A stretch of DNA of 64,000 nucleotides. Origin: Lama glama. Taxonomy: Eukaryota. The stretch's first letter is position 1. Each line of letters begins with the position of its first letter. The position numbers and the translations under genes were made by a program. The notes under the pieces were generated by a model. That model was not told the DNA's origin, did not search any database, and was given only the letters and a program-made list of their open reading frames with translations. The stretch lies in the NCBI GenBank assembly GCA_028534125.1, contig CM052816.1, forward strand, positions 89,716,001 to 89,780,000, read 5' to 3'. This document shows, piece by piece, positions 11,690 to 24,835 of this stretch.

Positions 11690-12160
11690 TTGTCAGTATA
11701 ATTGATTGACCATTAATTATATATACTTTTCCTCTGTTTTGGCAAAGCTTAGCTTCTGAGATCCCATAACTCTCAAAAATAGAAACCAGGATGTTACTTC
11801 TCTAATATTTAGCTACGGCTCAGGCACATAATGTCAAATACCTCCCTTAGTACTTCTTTCTAGAACTTCTATTCAGAAACTAGTGTCTTATAGGACCAAG
11901 TCTCCCACTAATTTTATTCTGAAGAATAGAGCAGCAGTGTTATCATTTTCAGTCCCCACTCTGAACAATGCCATTGCTCAGAAGAAACGATGAAGAGTCT
12001 TCACTGTGACAGTAGTTGTGATGCAATTTAAGCAACACTCCTTGTTGTGTAGCCGCCAAACTTGATTCTTTGGGATTTCCTTGAAAATTTGCAAGGGACC
12101 TAATGCCATTTAATAAATGTCCTTTCTAATAAAACTGGCTACTGTGAGTTTATTATTTTT
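11690..12160 (+). mobile_element. Old ERVL LTR (LTR33-like)
   Basis: Begins TGTCAG after a purine tract and ends ..TTAATAAATGTCCTTTC..AAACTGGCTA..GTGAGTTT, typical of LTR33/41-type ends. Confidence 0.5.
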
Positions 12161-12229
12161 AGTTCAGAAATCATAATAGCTTCATTCTCTTAAGCCTCAT
12201 TAAACACATTGCACAACTCCTAACATCAC

Positions 12230-12390
12230 CTTGCTGTATTGTCATTTCCTATCTCTGTCTCTTCAGCTAGAAGATAGACTTCACAAGGGCAGGGTTAAAT
12301 CTAATCTCTTTTTGCAAAATTTTCATCTTGCCATGTAATACAGAGACTGGCACAAATTAAACTCTGACAAATATTTATTATGTGAATTAG
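12230..12390 (+). mobile_element. L2 LINE 3' end fragment
   Basis: CTAGA..CACAAGGGCAGGG..ACAGAGACTGGCACA..AAATATTTATT pattern. Confidence 0.6.
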
Positions 12391-14535
12391 ATGAACTGTA
12401 AAGTTGCAAACACATGTAAATTATAAACGCTCACGTTTTGATGTGTATTTGCTTCATCATAATGTGACAATGTGTTTTCTAATGGATAATTATCCAATAT
12501 TTAATAGGAAATTGAATAGAAACATTTCCAGTAGAATGCAAGGTAAATGTTTCTATAAACGTTGCATTCAGCACAATTTGCTCTAAAAACAGCAGGGTTT
12601 ATGGGGGGAATTTGGTTTAGGGAAAGACCACTAAAGAATAAATGCAAATTTGTAAACAGAATAGTAAGAAAAACAAAAGCCCTAATAAAATTCATGGCAA
12701 AAACCTTCTAACATGTTAATTTCCTAATAAATAAATAAGCACCATGATACATAAAGGACATTACACTTAAAGAACAGGTAAAATCACTTGAGATTTCTCC
12801 ATTCTGAGATGCAAAAGCACAAAATGCACAAAGATTGGGTCAATGCATGCCATAAGCATTTCTAAAGCAAAGCTCAAGGTTATTGTGGGCTCCATATAAG
12901 AAATTCAAGGTGAATGGATATACAAATGACTGTATTCTGCTGTTTCTTGTTTAATTCAGTTGTTTGATGTACTCCGCATCCACCTGATGTTACCTAATGT
13001 TGCAAAACATTAGTGAATTGGGAAAAATAACCTATTAATCGGTGCAATTTTTGCACTGTACTGATGTCTTCTTTATATTTGCCAGTCACATTCAAATCTC
13101 TTGATACAATTTCCAACTAGCCCTAAACATGATAAAATTATGTGCAAATTATATGACCTATGAAATGAATATCTTGAATGTCTTAAAACAGTTAGGATGG
13201 ATGAAGTTTTAAATTATAAAGATGCCTTTCACTTATGGCATGCCTACTGTGTTTCAGATATTTTGCTGGAAACATTTTCTAGTTGGTAATCCCCAAAAGA
13301 AGCATGTATGTTTACTATTACGAACAGAAGCCGTTCTCAGACTTGAGGCTCCCCCTCATTCTCCAAAGTACTCAGCATCCTATTTTCATGCATCCGAAAC
13401 TAAAAGGCAGGACATTCTGAGACAGTCACTTTAGAATTTTATTTCAGACTTGGAGCTACAATTTTCTTATATACCTTTTATTATGAGGCAGCTCGATTTA
13501 AGGATCTGATTATTGGGAGGCAATAAAAAGATATACCCCAATCCGAGTATCAATCAGCTAACAGAAAGGCAGAACAGCATATCTATATATGAAAAATAAT
13601 TACCACCTCCCACACCCACACCTATTGAGATACCAGTTTGTTCAGTTTGTGTAGAATTTGAATTGATAAATTCTGCAGTAAAATCTCTTGGAACTTATAT
13701 ATCAACCTGTGGATGCTTTTTATAGCTACTTTCATTTCCCTGTTATATGTTCTGAAATATAAAATGCTGTATTTCCTAAAACATAAAATGTAATATTTTC
13801 TGAAAATAAAAAAAATTATATTTTCTGAAATATTAAAAATTTATGTCTTCTGCTTTCCATTCATGGACTCAGACTATTTAAAATCCACACTCCAAATACA
13901 TCATTTCATTAATACTATCAACTCTTCAGCAGAAGAGTAAAATGAGTTGTTTTTCTTTTCTCCATAAAATTGTACCTAGTAATAGAAACAGGGCAGTAAA
14001 GAACAAACCATACCTAAGGGTTGTGGAAAACCAGAAAATAATTTCCCAGATAACGTAAGATTAGTGAAGGGCTCGGGTAAGCATCACGACCCCCAGGCTT
14101 TGCAATAGGGAAGACTTTAAGTTTCACTACCCTTCTACACCTCATTTGTTGCAAGATCAGAGCATGTGTTTACCTTCTCAAAATGTCATTGTCCACATCT
14201 ATTAAAGCTGGTCATTAGTCATTTCATTCTTTCGGTTTTTTTATTCTTTTTCTTTTACCTTATGTTGGATGTGCCTAATATTACAATACACATATGCACA
14301 CACATTTCAATAATTTTCTCCTCCTCTCTCTCTTATTCATCCTCTTATATATTCCATTGGCTTGTACTACATGCCAATACCTTCCTGTAAGTTAAATAGT
14401 ATCCCTTTGCTATTTATCCAACAAACATAGAATTTATTCTTGAAAAATACTAGGCTTTGTGCTACTTTTCGATCAAAATGGATAATTGGCCTCAGATAAA
14501 GCACTTTTAAATTCCAGATAGGCAGAAACTCCATC

Positions 14536-14850
14536 CAGGCAAACCTTGTTTGATCAAGCTTTACTTTATTGCATTTAACAAATACTATGTGTTTTACAAA
14601 TTGAAAATTTGTGGAACTCGATCTTTTAGGTGGCAGTTGGCATTTTGTAAACAATAAAGTGTTTTTTAATTAAGGTGTGCACAATTTTTTAGACATGATG
14701 TTATTGCACACTTACTAGACTACAATTTGGTGTACCCATAACCTTTATATGCACTGGGAAACCAACAAATTTGTGTAACTTGCTTTATTGAAATATCCAC
14801 TTTCTCACAGTGGTCTGGAACTGAACCTGCAACTTATCAAGGTCTGCCTG
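14536..14850 (+). mobile_element. Tigger1-derived non-autonomous DNA transposon (internally deleted)
   Basis: Terminal inverted repeats CAGGCAAACCTTG...CAAGGTCTGCCTG followed by TA. Both Tigger1 ends are recognisable (TTTTACAAATTGAA; TATATGCACTGGGAAACCAA; GTGGTCTGGAACTGAACC). Confidence 0.85.
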
Positions 14851-14934
14851 TAAAAGAAAATTTAAGATTCATGGGGATAACATAAGCTATATTAACACAA
14901 GTTTTCATGTGCTTTTTCTATTAAAGGAAGTGGC

Positions 14935-15100
14935 TTTTGACCCTGAATGAGTATTAGAATCTCTGGATAAATGTTAAAAATATTGTAGCCTGGCTACATT
15001 ATCAGAAATTTTAACTTAATTGGCTGGAATGGAGCCTAGTAATTCTTATATTTTAAAGATTAATATGTAATTCATATAGACACCAGATTTGAGAATTACT
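14935..15100. mobile_element. MER5-like hAT-Charlie fragment
   Basis: ATTAGAATCTCTGG...TTAATTGG..TGGAGCCTAG..CCAGATTTGAGAATTACT pattern. Confidence 0.5.
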
Positions 15101-15175
15101 AAGGCCATTAACGAGGGCTCAATACAATTTTTAATTACTCAAATCTTATTGACATTCAGACTGGTTTGTTGAATT

Positions 15176-15716
15176 CTATTAGGCAACTTTCTAAGGTTCC
15201 TGTGCTCTGGTGTACATCCTGTAAGTCTCGTCCCCTGGACTGATGACAGAACTTGTATTATGGGATTCCACTCCTCTGAACAGCTTACATCATCTGAGAC
15301 TCCAATTTAGGAGACTAGACGGAGAGATTTGAAGCAAATGAGATGCTCCTTCTGGCTTTGAGAGGGGCTTGTTTTGAAAGGGGCTTGTGAAACTAGGACC
15401 TGAAGGTAACTTCTAGTTGCTGAGAGCAAACCAAGCAAACCCTGGCCAACAGCCTACAACACGACAACAACAGCACTTCTGTCTAATAGCTGCAAGGAAC
15501 TGGATTCAGCCAACAACTGAATGAGCTTGGAAGAGAAGTCTGAGGTTCAAATCAGACCTCAGGCCTGACCAACAAATTGACTTCTGCCTGGTCAGACCCT
15601 GAGCAGAAGACCCAGTTAATCTCTGCCTGGATTCCTGACAATCCTCATAATAAGTGTGTGCTGATTAGCTGCTAAATATGTAGTGATTTGTTAAAAACAG
15701 TGATATAAAATGCATA
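15176..15716 (+). mobile_element. MaLR LTR (MLT1E/F-like)
   Basis: GCTGCAAGGAACTGGATTCAGCCAACAACTGAATGAGCTTGGAAG and GACCCTGAGCAGAAGACCCAG..CCTGGATTCCTGAC are diagnostic MLT1 motifs. Confidence 0.8.
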
Positions 15717-17199
15717 AGTCAAAAAATACCTATTTTTGTATTGTACTGATATCTGAGTGATTTCCTTGTCATCATTTTTATTCAGCCTGAGATCATTATC
15801 CTATCATCTTTTCTTTTAGTTTTTGTTCAACTCCTAATCTTTCAGTAGTTATTAGTCAAGAAACAGTGATGAAAGAAAATTTGATGACAGAAGATTTTAT
15901 GAATACAATTAGCGGGTAACTCTCAATTCAGTTATAATCAAGATATCCAAAAAGTGTAGATATTTTCTAGCCTGGTGTAGGTACAAAAGTTGTTAAATTT
16001 TAAAACAAGGTGGGGGGAGAAAAGTGCTTATTAAGAACTTCAGTCACCCAAGTACAATTTTCTTCCAAGAAAATGCTACTTATGCTATAATATTGGAATG
16101 AAATAAGATGGTTTATGTGGAAACAAACCCCAGCAAGTACTGCTTAGCAACAGGCATCACAGTGGGGTTGACATATACTCAACATATTGTATTGAAACAA
16201 CCAGAAACGTTTGAGGACAGAGCTTTGGTTTCCTTTCCCTTTTTCATAGACTTTGTGAATCTGAATATTCCATTAAATGTCAAATGGCTGTATTTCATTA
16301 TGAATATGCCATTGACCTCTCACTGTTATGGATTAATGTTTGTAAGGACTGGGATGGTCCACTTCAGGGCTCTTCTCTAAATAATGCACTTCAGAAGCAT
16401 TCACAGTTTGCCTGATTTTTCTCATGACATTGAAGCCAGAAACGTTAATTGTTTTTGTTGTTATTTCTCTCCTAAGAACTAAAAATTAATATCCCTTGAT
16501 GTGGTAAAGGTCAGAATTATAACTTAACATTTAAGCCCTTTTACTCATCACCCGTTTCCTGTTTCTCACCTCCCATAATTTACTCATATTACTCCAATAT
16601 CTCAGAACAGTGTGAACTAAGACATTTTTAAAGCCCAAGATGAGTTAAAGAAATGCCTAATTCTAATTAAATATTCTAATTACTGTGTATATCACTTGCA
16701 TGTCCTTCCCCTCATTTTGTGAAACTAAAATAAATAGTATTATAGTAAAGTAGTTTTACTAAGGTGCACATATTAGAAATATCTTCTGCTTATTAATGAG
16801 AGCGTATTCAATACATGATAAATTTAAGCACAATCTTTTTTTCTCTAAACATATTTCCACTTGAAATATTTAACTATTTGTAGACTAAAATGCTAAGTAT
16901 ATCATCTTTTTCTTCAATAGTGTCCTTAATATAATCTACATTATTTAAAGCTACATGGCAAGTTACTCTCTACGATGCCTTTTATTTTTGCCAAGCACTG
17001 GATGCCTGTGTCCTCCTCTAATCTGAGCTGGCTACTGTATGTATTAAGACCAGGGTCTTGGATGGCTAGGTTTGGCTTCCCTCATTGGTTTTCTCAGTCT
17101 GATGCCATTGTTTCCAAATATTTCTCTATCTTAAATTACATTGTTTGAGGTCCTTCACGGAAGTGAATATTTTATTATGCGCTTATGTTCAATGAACAT

Positions 17200-17520
17200 T
17201 CCAGGATATCTATTCTACATTTTGAAAGAGTTATTCTTCAAAATTGAAGGCAATGTCCCACTGTTTTCCAATAAATATCCAGTGGTCCTATTGAAAAAAT
17301 CTGCTGTCATTTTGATTCTTATTCCTTTGTTAAATCTGCTCTTTGCTGCTGGTGGTGGTGGTGGTCTTAACACTCTTGACAGTAATCTTACTGTTGTATT
17401 CGAATGATCTTACTGAATTTTTAATATTTCAACATGTAAATTCTCAATTTCCAAGATTTCCTAATTATCCTCAGATTATTTTGTTAGCAAAACATCCAAT
17501 TCTAATTTATGTGTGAATAT
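17200..17520 (-). mobile_element. Ancient L1M fragment
   Basis: TTGAAAAAATCTGCTGTCATTTTGATTCTTATTCCTTTGT resembles antisense L1M ORF1-region sequence. Confidence 0.5.
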
Positions 17521-18839
17521 TTTCATGTATATGAAACATAATAAAGTTTTATTTATTTTAGTTCTCCAAAGTCTTGATTATTTTTATCTAAATCACTCAA
17601 CTTGAAGTTAACTCATCTTGTTTATTCACTCAGCAAGTGGCACTAAACAGAAATGTGCTGGCTGTGAGTGCAGGTTCGAAGCTTCTTGACCAGGTTTTCT
17701 TCTTTAGGTTGATGTGAGAATAGGCAAGAAGAAAATTCTATACTTGAAGCAAATGAAAAATGGACTATTGTTTTTCCTTCTTTGTCTTGTCTGTATTTCA
17801 ATGGTACTATGTTAGGTTTGTTTTTAAGTGTTCCATGAGCACATAAACCTGCTCCTTCATCGTCTCTGTAGTTGCAAGTACCAACTCTTTCTCTGCTTTC
17901 TGTCTTCCGTAATTTTGGAATTTTTTTAAGTCTTTCATCTGTTTATTGGCAAATCCATTCTTTATAATTGTGGAGTTCCAGTTTGATGACTAAAAGTGAA
18001 AAAAAAGGACATTTTTTTAGAGGAGACAACACATTTCAGAGTAGCCATAATTAACACTGTAAATATGTCTCTATCTTTTCAATTTAAAATGCCATATTTA
18101 TTTCAAAATTAGCTTTTAAATAAATTGATGTCTATTTTTGTGAAATATTACCATTTATTCTTAATGCATGCCATTCGTTGTTTCATTAAGCTATATTTCC
18201 TTTCTGTGAAGTTATATTGATGGTACATTGATTTTTATATGATTCAATTTGGACAAAAAAAGTGGCAGTGCTAGATTTTTGCTTCTTGTGTTGAGAAAAA
18301 TGAACTCCATTAAATGATGCATTAAATGGTAATGAAGAGAAGATCAACTTGATATAATAACTACTGGAATGTTATATCTTATTATGCCTTCATATTGAGT
18401 AGATTATATAAAATTTCTAGAATATAAACTCTTTAAAAGCATGGGCCATGTCTTCACTTGTCATTTTTCTATTCATGGTGAAAACACTGAATAGTGATCA
18501 GTGAGTATCTACCAAATGAAGAACGTTATAGATGCTTTAGATTTAAAAGTCTCTCTCTCTCTCTCTCTCTCATTCTCTCAGTCACAGGCACACAGAGAAA
18601 TTAAACATTACAACAAACACAGTCAGGCCTTTCATCTCTAAATGTATGAACGATTTTACTTGTAAATGGTACAATTAGAGATGAAATTCTAGTTAAATAA
18701 AAGGGAGAAGCAGAGAATTTAGAAGAAAAAATTAATCACATAAATTATATGGCTGGCACAACAGGAAAACTTCAACCTCTTTCTTAAGCATCCGACCCAC
18801 AAGAAATAAAATGGATAATTTTATTTTATTAAACAAATA

Positions 18840-19066
18840 TTTATGTAATAATGCCTACTATGAGTCAGTCACTGATCTAAGCATGTTACAAATAATAATC
18901 CATTCAGACTTCACAATGCACTATAAGATTGTTAACTTCATGTTATGTATGAAAAAACTAAGGTACAGACAGTTTAAGTGTCTTGTTACTGGTCATACAG
19001 CTAGAAATTAGTGGAGCCAGTACTGAGCTTAGGTAATTAGAATTTAGCTTTCATGGGTTTACCCAT
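18840..19066 (-). mobile_element. MIR SINE
   Basis: GCCTACTATGAGTCAG..ATGAAAAAACTAAGGTACAGACAGTTTAAGTGTCTTG..GGTCATACAGCTAG..GTGGAGCCAG core. Confidence 0.8.
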
Positions 19067-21699
19067 TGGTCTGCCCTGCCCCATATGAGAATCTAAACCC
19101 AGAATATTAAAGTAAAACTACCCAATAGTGTAAACAGGGTTGACTGCTTATGTGATATACCACGGACATCAGTATACTTTAATAAAATAAGCATTTGATG
19201 TGTCAGCTGGTGACCTGGCATGCTGTCTCTGAGTCAACCCTCTAGAAGAAAGTTAGTGAAGTCAAATGTGGATATACTTTTTTTGTACTTTGTTTTCAAC
19301 TGATGTCCCCTTGGTTTTTAGTAGACTAATCAAATCAGAGACACTAAAGCAGCACTAGCAACTGCTGTGAAATTATGTGTGTATATGCATACACATCTGT
19401 GTATACATAGATACAAACATATAGTTACATACTGCTATATAGAAAAAGTTACATAAAAATTAAACTTTTAATAAGCAAATTAGAGGAAAACTTAAATAAT
19501 GAATGGACTGATATTTAGCATGTATCTTTAATCAAAAGTCTTAACCTGTATACACACCTGTCCCTTTTTACATTGAATTTATGTTCATACCAATTGGTAA
19601 ACTTATTCAGGGAAAGAACCTTTAATTGTGCCACACAGACACACTTGCAGAGGAGTATTTCTAATTCAGCCTAAAGATATGGGGATGATTAGAGAAGACA
19701 TAATGCTTCCTAAATTATGTTATCTTCATTCACTTGAAATATGTCTGCTTTCATTCTCTCAAATTATGGAAAATTAGTTCATCATCTATATGTTGTTTAG
19801 TGTCAGAACAATATCTAGACTTGTTTCAATTTAACAGCTATGAAATTAGATCTATGATATATGTTAATAGTTAAGGGCTTCTTGATTTAAAGAGTTGTAG
19901 TTTGAGGCCTTAGCACAATCTGATGCATTCTGGAGTTCATGAACCCACAGTGCACACATTGTTGCCTTAAATTTCTTCACACACCCTCTGACACCATCTG
20001 CAAGATGTTGATATAAGTGTGTTTTGTGTATATCCTAGTGTGTATGAGAGAGAAGAAAGAGGTTCATTAGGTTTCATCTTTTTGAAGTTCTCATGGTGGA
20101 GGAATTTTCAGTAACAAATTCTGTGGCAATATAGCTTTACGGAGATTTTAAGATTTAGATTTTATTAACTGTCACAAAAGGTCTTTGCCTGACTTGCCTA
20201 ATTTCTAGTCTTTCAATTTTCAATGAATTTTAAAGCATTCATGGTTATAGAGAATGCTTTTATAATTTATCATGAAGATAATTGCTATTTACATTCAACC
20301 CATTAAATAATGACATTTACAATGCTGTAATTATTGTTTGAAAGTAATAACAATAATACTTTACAAATGTAATTACTGGTGTACAAGAAATGCATAATAA
20401 AATTAACTATAATCTGATCATATAATTTATAATAGCTAAACAAAGATGATATTAATCGACTTTATTTATTTATTAACTCTAAAATATCTTAAAACTATAG
20501 ATTTGATATTGCCTACTTTCTTCCCGGTTTACTGGAGAGAACTGATATTTACTTTGCAGCACAAATGTGCCAGGACCTTCCAAGTGAGAGCAAAGTTAGT
20601 TTGGGCTCATTCCAAAAATAGCCCAAAACGCAAAAGAAGGAGAGTGTAAGAATATGCCGGGATGAAGCAAAAAGATAAGGCAAAGAACGTTTCTTACAAC
20701 AGTCTTGCAGAAGATTGTAAGCGACAGGATAGGAAGTCTGGGCTTACTTAGTTCCGTGGTGAAGGACCATCAGGAACAATTTAGCTGGGCAATAATCATA
20801 GGGTTAGAACTCTGTGTTATGCAGATAAAACTAAGAGCCGGGCAAGGGATGAATCTGGAGCAGGGGAAGATGAGAAGAATTATCCAGTCAGGCAAGTTGC
20901 AGTAGAACAAGAAAAATTAGAAAGGTGACAGCAAAATTGACGCTCGGTGACTTCACAACGATGATCAATTGACTTCTTCCTCATTGTGTCATTTGACTTG
21001 CTAAGCAATCTCATTAAGTAGGAAAGGGCAGAATACAAAAACAAACAAACAAAAAAACAAACTTTTTTAATGTATTTTCTTAGTCTGTGAGAATAGTGAA
21101 GTACTTGTCTTCAATGAATTGCTGAGTAGAAGCTTTTCTTTTGAAACCTAGATATATTTTTCTCAATAGAAATGATGTTTAAGTAAATGTTTAGTAAGTG
21201 GCAAATGATTGGTCATGAGAGAGAAAAGTGTCAATGTTGACTAAAAGGAAAAAAAAAACTAGCTTGTATAAACTGGGAGAATGCTTGTCACAGTGAGGAG
21301 TTTATTATTGGAGGAGCAGGGGTTTGGAAAAATTTTGTTTATTTTTTATGTATTGAGAAAAAAATATAAATACATTATATTTTTCACACTTAGGTCTCTT
21401 GCCTCAAATATTTTAGTTATGGATTTCTAAACTGCATAATATGGGGCTATGTACGAGGGAGTCATGTGCAAAATGATCAACTACTCGTGGAATAAACAAA
21501 TGTCAACACCACAGTATAAAAACGCATCTGTAAGTTGCCAGTATTTTCATCACCTTCCATGCATTCTCTTTATGTATTTTCTATCTGTATCTATGTCTAC
21601 AGTTATCTATCTATACACACACCATATTTTCCAATAAAATTACATCAGATAATTAATTCTGAATCCAATTCTACATCCACTAGAACACAGAGGTCCAAA

Positions 21700-21985
21700 A
21701 AATAGTTGAAACACAAATATAATTTACATACTGTCTGATTCCATTATATGACATACTGAAAGGCAAACTTTGAGAACGGTTATCAGATTAGTGGTTACAA
21801 GGTTGGTGTGGGGGGAGGAAACTGAACAAAAAGGGACACAAGAAACTTGGAGAGATGGAAGTATTCTATATTAGGATCATGGTGGTTGTTACCCAGCTTT
21901 ACGCATTTGACCAACTGTACATCTAAAAGAGAATTTAATTTTTGTATGTGAATGATATCCTTTATGAACCTAATTTTGAGAAAAG
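21700..21985 (+). mobile_element. Old L1 (L1MB/MC/ME) 3' end
   Basis: TACATACTGTCTGATTCCATTATATGAC..AGATTAGTGGTTAC..GATGGAAGTATTCTATA..GGTGGTTGTTAC. Confidence 0.8.
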
Positions 21986-22319
21986 CATGTAATTTGTTAT
22001 CTATCACCCCTTGGTGGAAAACCAAAATAAACCAGGTGAAAACACGTATTTTTTAATTTACCCAAAGTAAATTACTATGTACCCAGCTTCCTCTCTTCAT
22101 GAAAATGTAACTGGCATTGGTGGCCATTCATCTTAAAAAGAAAGAAAAATCATAACCACTAGGATTATGATCCAATAGTCTGACAAACTGTCAGATCAAG
22201 CAATTCTCAAGCCAAGCAAATTCTTCCAGGCAGAATCTTTACTGGGAGGCTATCTCGGTAAGAGGCTGATACGTGGAAAGATGGGTTTCACTCCTTTTAA
22301 ATTTGTACTCATTACTACA

Positions 22320-22450
22320 AAAATGTTGATTAACATGTAAGTGTCAGACTTTATTCTAGATGCTTGGTACAGAGAGGAAAACAAGACAAAATCCCTGCCT
22401 TCCTGGGGCTTATATTCTAGAGGAGGAGACATACGATAAACTAATAAAGT
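22320..22450 (-). mobile_element. L2 3' end fragment
   Basis: TTCTAGATGCTTGG..AACAAGACAAAATCCCTGCCTTC..GGCTTATATTCTAG. Confidence 0.75.
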
Positions 22451-22764
22451 GAAACATGACACAAAATCAGCTAATGAAAAAATTAAATCAGCACTTCAAT
22501 TCAACTACTCCTGTTGGACTAGAAACTGGCTTTCATTCTCAAAATACATTTTCAGCAAAGCAACAGAAACTCTGCGAAGTTTTTAACTTTAACTGGTGTT
22601 CGAACAGACTATTATCAATACATGACCCTAAAGTGCAATGGGAAAACTTATTTATGGGGATGTTGAAGACAGCGTGTCAGAAGCCTTCTGTTGACCTTAT
22701 ATTTGGAAAAGGAGCATTGTGTTTTACATATTCACTGCCATCCCCACATCTACCCAAGAGGTAG

Positions 22765-22990
22765 ATTTAATATGATATGCCAGGCACTGTTCTCAATGCT
22801 TTCACACGTATTAGACAATTATATTCCTAACAGTAAGCTGTGAGGGAGAGGTCCCTCTCAGCATCAGATGCAGGGCCAGTTGAGGAAACCAAAGCGGAAA
22901 TTAGTAAAGTGACTCACCAAAGGTCTCTTAACTTGTAGTAGCCGTGTCAGCACCTGGTCCCAGGTAGCCTGGTCCTGGAGTCCACGTATG
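22765..22990 (-). mobile_element. MIR SINE
   Basis: ATGCCAGGCACTGTTCTCAATGCTTT..TGAGGAAACCAAAG..AAGTGACTCACCAAAGGTC. Confidence 0.7.
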
Positions 22991-23394
22991 CCTCTTCTAC
23001 ATCTTCTCTTTATATATCTCAGCAGTTAAGGCTGTAACCTGTTAGGGTACCTCTCACAGTGAGCCCCTGTGGGAGACCATTGCAGAACAAGGAGAACACA
23101 CTCGAGTTTCAGACAAATTCTTCATACGCACAAGAAAACTCCCATGGAATTGGTGTGGGATGCCTCTTCCATACCATACAAAGGAAGACTCGTTTTTTTT
23201 TTCTTTGATAGTAAATAACTCACATTAACAAATATATCTAGAATGTGAGAAGTAGGGCTTGGTGTCTCTTTTATTCACTACTGTCTTCACACCACCCGAG
23301 GACAATGTATGGAACATATAATTGTTCCATAAATATGGGTCTTTGAGTTTCACTGCCAGGTATTAATTTCTCGGATTGTTGTTTGTGGATTTCA

Positions 23395-23778
23395 TGTTAA
23401 AGGAACCAGATTAGGCTCAAGATGGAGTCTCTCATGCTAAACCCCATGTTAACAACCCCAAATTTAACTAAACCTCTATCCTCGACTGTCCCAGAAAAGG
23501 GAGCCTCAGGTAAACCAGTTGGCACTTAGCTGCTCAGCACAAGTTACCTGACCTGGTTCCAAGACTTCCTTTTGCTCCAAATAAGGAAAGTAACCTCGTT
23601 TTAACCAATCATCAAATACTCGGTATAGCGTCCTTGCTCCTGCTCTCCTTGGTCTATAAAAATCTCCCGCCTTGTGCAGTTTATCGGAGCTCTTTTCTGT
23701 CTGCTAGATTGGATGCTGCCCAGTTCATGAATCATCTGCCTGATCAGTAAATTGTCTGTGGAAAATTTTATTTTAACA
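23395..23778 (+). mobile_element. ERV1 solo LTR (MER4/MER34-group-like)
   Basis: TGTTAA...TTAACA inverted termini, CAAGATGGAGTC, a CCAAT box (AACCAATCA) and TATAAAA. Confidence 0.8.
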
Positions 23779-24499
23779 CTTATAATTTTGTATCTTGTCA
23801 TCATACGGCCATACTTATTCCTGGTCAGATCTCCGCTGATTAAAATGGGGTTGGAAAAAAATATCAGTGCATTTCACAAATTTCATAAGGTTGCTATTAT
23901 GAGAGTCTAGTAAACAGCACTGTGTTATTTCCTCTTCAACATTTTTCTATTTTACACACATTTGGGATTTGATTAAAGAGAAGTCGTAGTCTAATTGCTG
24001 GGTCCTTTACTTGTATGCTTGGGTTTAATCATGAGAGCAGAATACAAACACTCTTGTTCTATCCCTGCTGTGTGACAAGACTGTCCTTTCTGATCCTCCT
24101 GAAAGTTAGGCATTCTCCTGGTGACTTGTGCGGGCAATAAAAAAGATTGGAAGCAATGTGAGTATTAAAGTGGAGATTGTAAAGCCAGAGAATAAGTCAC
24201 CAAATTCTCATCATCCTGCTTTAGATGTCCTGTGCATGGCGTTGAGTTTGAAACTCCAACTAGCTCGGTCCCTGAAATCTCAGGGTGACCTCGGTGAGCA
24301 GAGGCCACCTTGATTCTCTTCAAGGGGCTTGTAACATGAAAATGAGATTATCTTTATTCGTCTATATCCCTGAGATTTGGGAGTTGTTACTGTAGCCTGT
24401 CATGGCATAAGGAAGAATATCCTATCCCATAGTTAATAAGATAATAGACACTTCTTGAAATTTAAAAATCTCCCTCATCCAAGTCCCCCACCTGCCACC

Positions 24500-24835
24500 C
24501 CTGGAGGAAGGTGGTCAAAAGGCACAAACTTCCAGGTATAAGATACATAAGGACTGAGCATGTCATGTACAACACGATGCCATGGTTAACACTGCTGTGT
24601 GGCATGTTAGAAAGATGCTAACAGAGTGGATCCTGAGTTCTCAAGACAAGGGAAAAAAAATCTTTTCTTCTTTTTTTTAATATGACTTGATGGATGTTAA
24701 CTAAACTTATTGTGGTTATCACTTCACAATATATGTAAAGTCGAGTCATGCTGTAGACCTTAAATTTATATAGTGCTCTGTGTCAATTATAAATAAATGT
24801 GAATCTCAAGAAAATTGGAAAAATAAAATAAAATA
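24500..24835 (+). mobile_element. L1MA9-like 3' end
   Basis: GGTGGTCAAAAGGCACAAACTTCCAGGTATAAGAT..GATGGATGTTAACTAAACTTATTGTGG followed by an A-rich tail. Confidence 0.8.
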
